Of a stretch of DNA of 64,000 nucleotides, positions 63,416 through 64,000 are shown one piece after another. Positions within the stretch are counted from its first letter, which is position 1; every line of letters starts with the position of its first letter. The notes under the pieces are model-generated. The model ran no database searches. It had not been told where the DNA came from and saw nothing but the letters and a program-made list of their open reading frames with translations. Origin of the DNA: a bacterium (GTDB taxonomy: Bacteria; Armatimonadota; Zipacnadia; Zipacnadales; UBA11051); NCBI GenBank assembly GCA_030604405.1, contig JAUVVY010000006.1:14589-78588 (forward strand), given 5' to 3'. The translations under genes were made by a program, and so were the position numbers.

Positions 63416-64000
63416 ATGCCTCAGCCATGGCACATCTCTTTCGTCCCTGGCTCACATTTTGATCTCGGCTGGTGCGGCTCCATCGGCGAGACGCTGCAGT
63501 ACGGCGACGACATTATTAAACAGGCAATGGAAGACATTACCGGCGATTATCCCGCTTATCGCTTCACAGTCGAGTATGCCATCTTTGCCAAACACCTCCT
63601 CCAACGCCACCCGGAGCTGCTGGAACCCCTGAAGCGCCTGGTCGCGGAGCGCAAATTGGAGGTCTGCGCCGCTTACACCGGCATGATGGACCAGATTTAC
63701 GATGGGGAGACCACGCTGCGCAATCTGATTTACGGGAAGCTCTGGTGTCGGGAGGTCCTGGACTACGATGCCCCGACCGCCCGGCAGAGCGACTGCCCGG
63801 GCCACTGCCGTCAGCTCCCCCAGTTCTTGCAGATATGCGATGTTCCCTATCTCGTGCATTCGCGCTACGGCCCGCCTGCTGCGCTTTACAACTGGGAGGC
63901 TCCCGACGGCTCAACCGTCATCGCCGCAAACGACATGCAGGGCCATTATGTGGGCATATACAAGGACATGGGCATCCTCTCCGGCATTGGCTACGGATGG
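63416..64000 (+). CDS. GH38 alpha-mannosidase-like N-terminal domain, truncated at the window edge
   Basis: AAGGAGG RBS, ATG 63416; my translation gives MPQPWHISFVPGSHFDLGW...RQSDCPGH (HxDxxW and nucleophile motifs); open to 64000, so it is absent from the ORF track. Confidence 0.85.
   Translation, partial: MPQPWHISFVPGSHFDLGWCGSIGETLQYGDDIIKQAMEDITGDYPAYRFTVEYAIFAKHLLQRHPELLEPLKRLVAERKLEVCAAYTGMMDQIYDGETTLRNLIYGKLWCREVLDYDAPTARQSDCPGHCRQLPQFLQICDVPYLVHSRYGPPAALYNWEAPDGSTVIAANDMQGHYVGIYKDMGILSGIGYGW

Overview
GC-rich bacterial chromosomal window of mostly housekeeping and carbohydrate-catabolic genes. I found no IS, prophage, integrase, CRISPR array or rRNA. The lineage is my inference: lipid A synthesis (lpxC) together with Terrabacteria-type traits (AddAB, Jag/EloR, a transcriptional T-box) and many HEAT/TPR envelope proteins suggests a diderm Terrabacterium such as Armatimonadota. 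Layout: (1) 0.1-27.1 kb is almost all minus strand: GDPD, sialidase-like and GH20-like hydrolases, a beta-repeat putative outer-membrane protein, mutM, folE2, Gfo/Idh/MocA and DegT genes, lpxC, Fe-ADH, an orphan GAF histidine kinase, an ornithine cyclodeaminase-family gene, a TPR lipoprotein and addA/addB. A perfect parS site lies inside addB. (2) 27.4-33.5 kb: three exported HEAT-repeat proteins plus a secreted, apparently metal-less PHP-fold protein. (3) 33.6-42.5 kb: membrane/peptidase/kinase genes and an rnpA-yidD-yidC-jag operon that lacks rpmH and whose YidC has an unusual periplasmic domain. (4) 42.6-64 kb: heparinase II/III-like lyase, a complete Ile (AUC) T-box in front of citramalate synthase, IMPase, a UxaE-like epimerase flanked by palindromes, PPi-type PFK, five tRNAs preceded by an orphan and probably leaderless archease, an Ogl-like propeller, a PrsA-like foldase, a GT2 plus GT-C-like pair, DUF362, Gfo, kdgK and a truncated GH38. 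All protein calls rest on motif recognition by eye; no searches were run.
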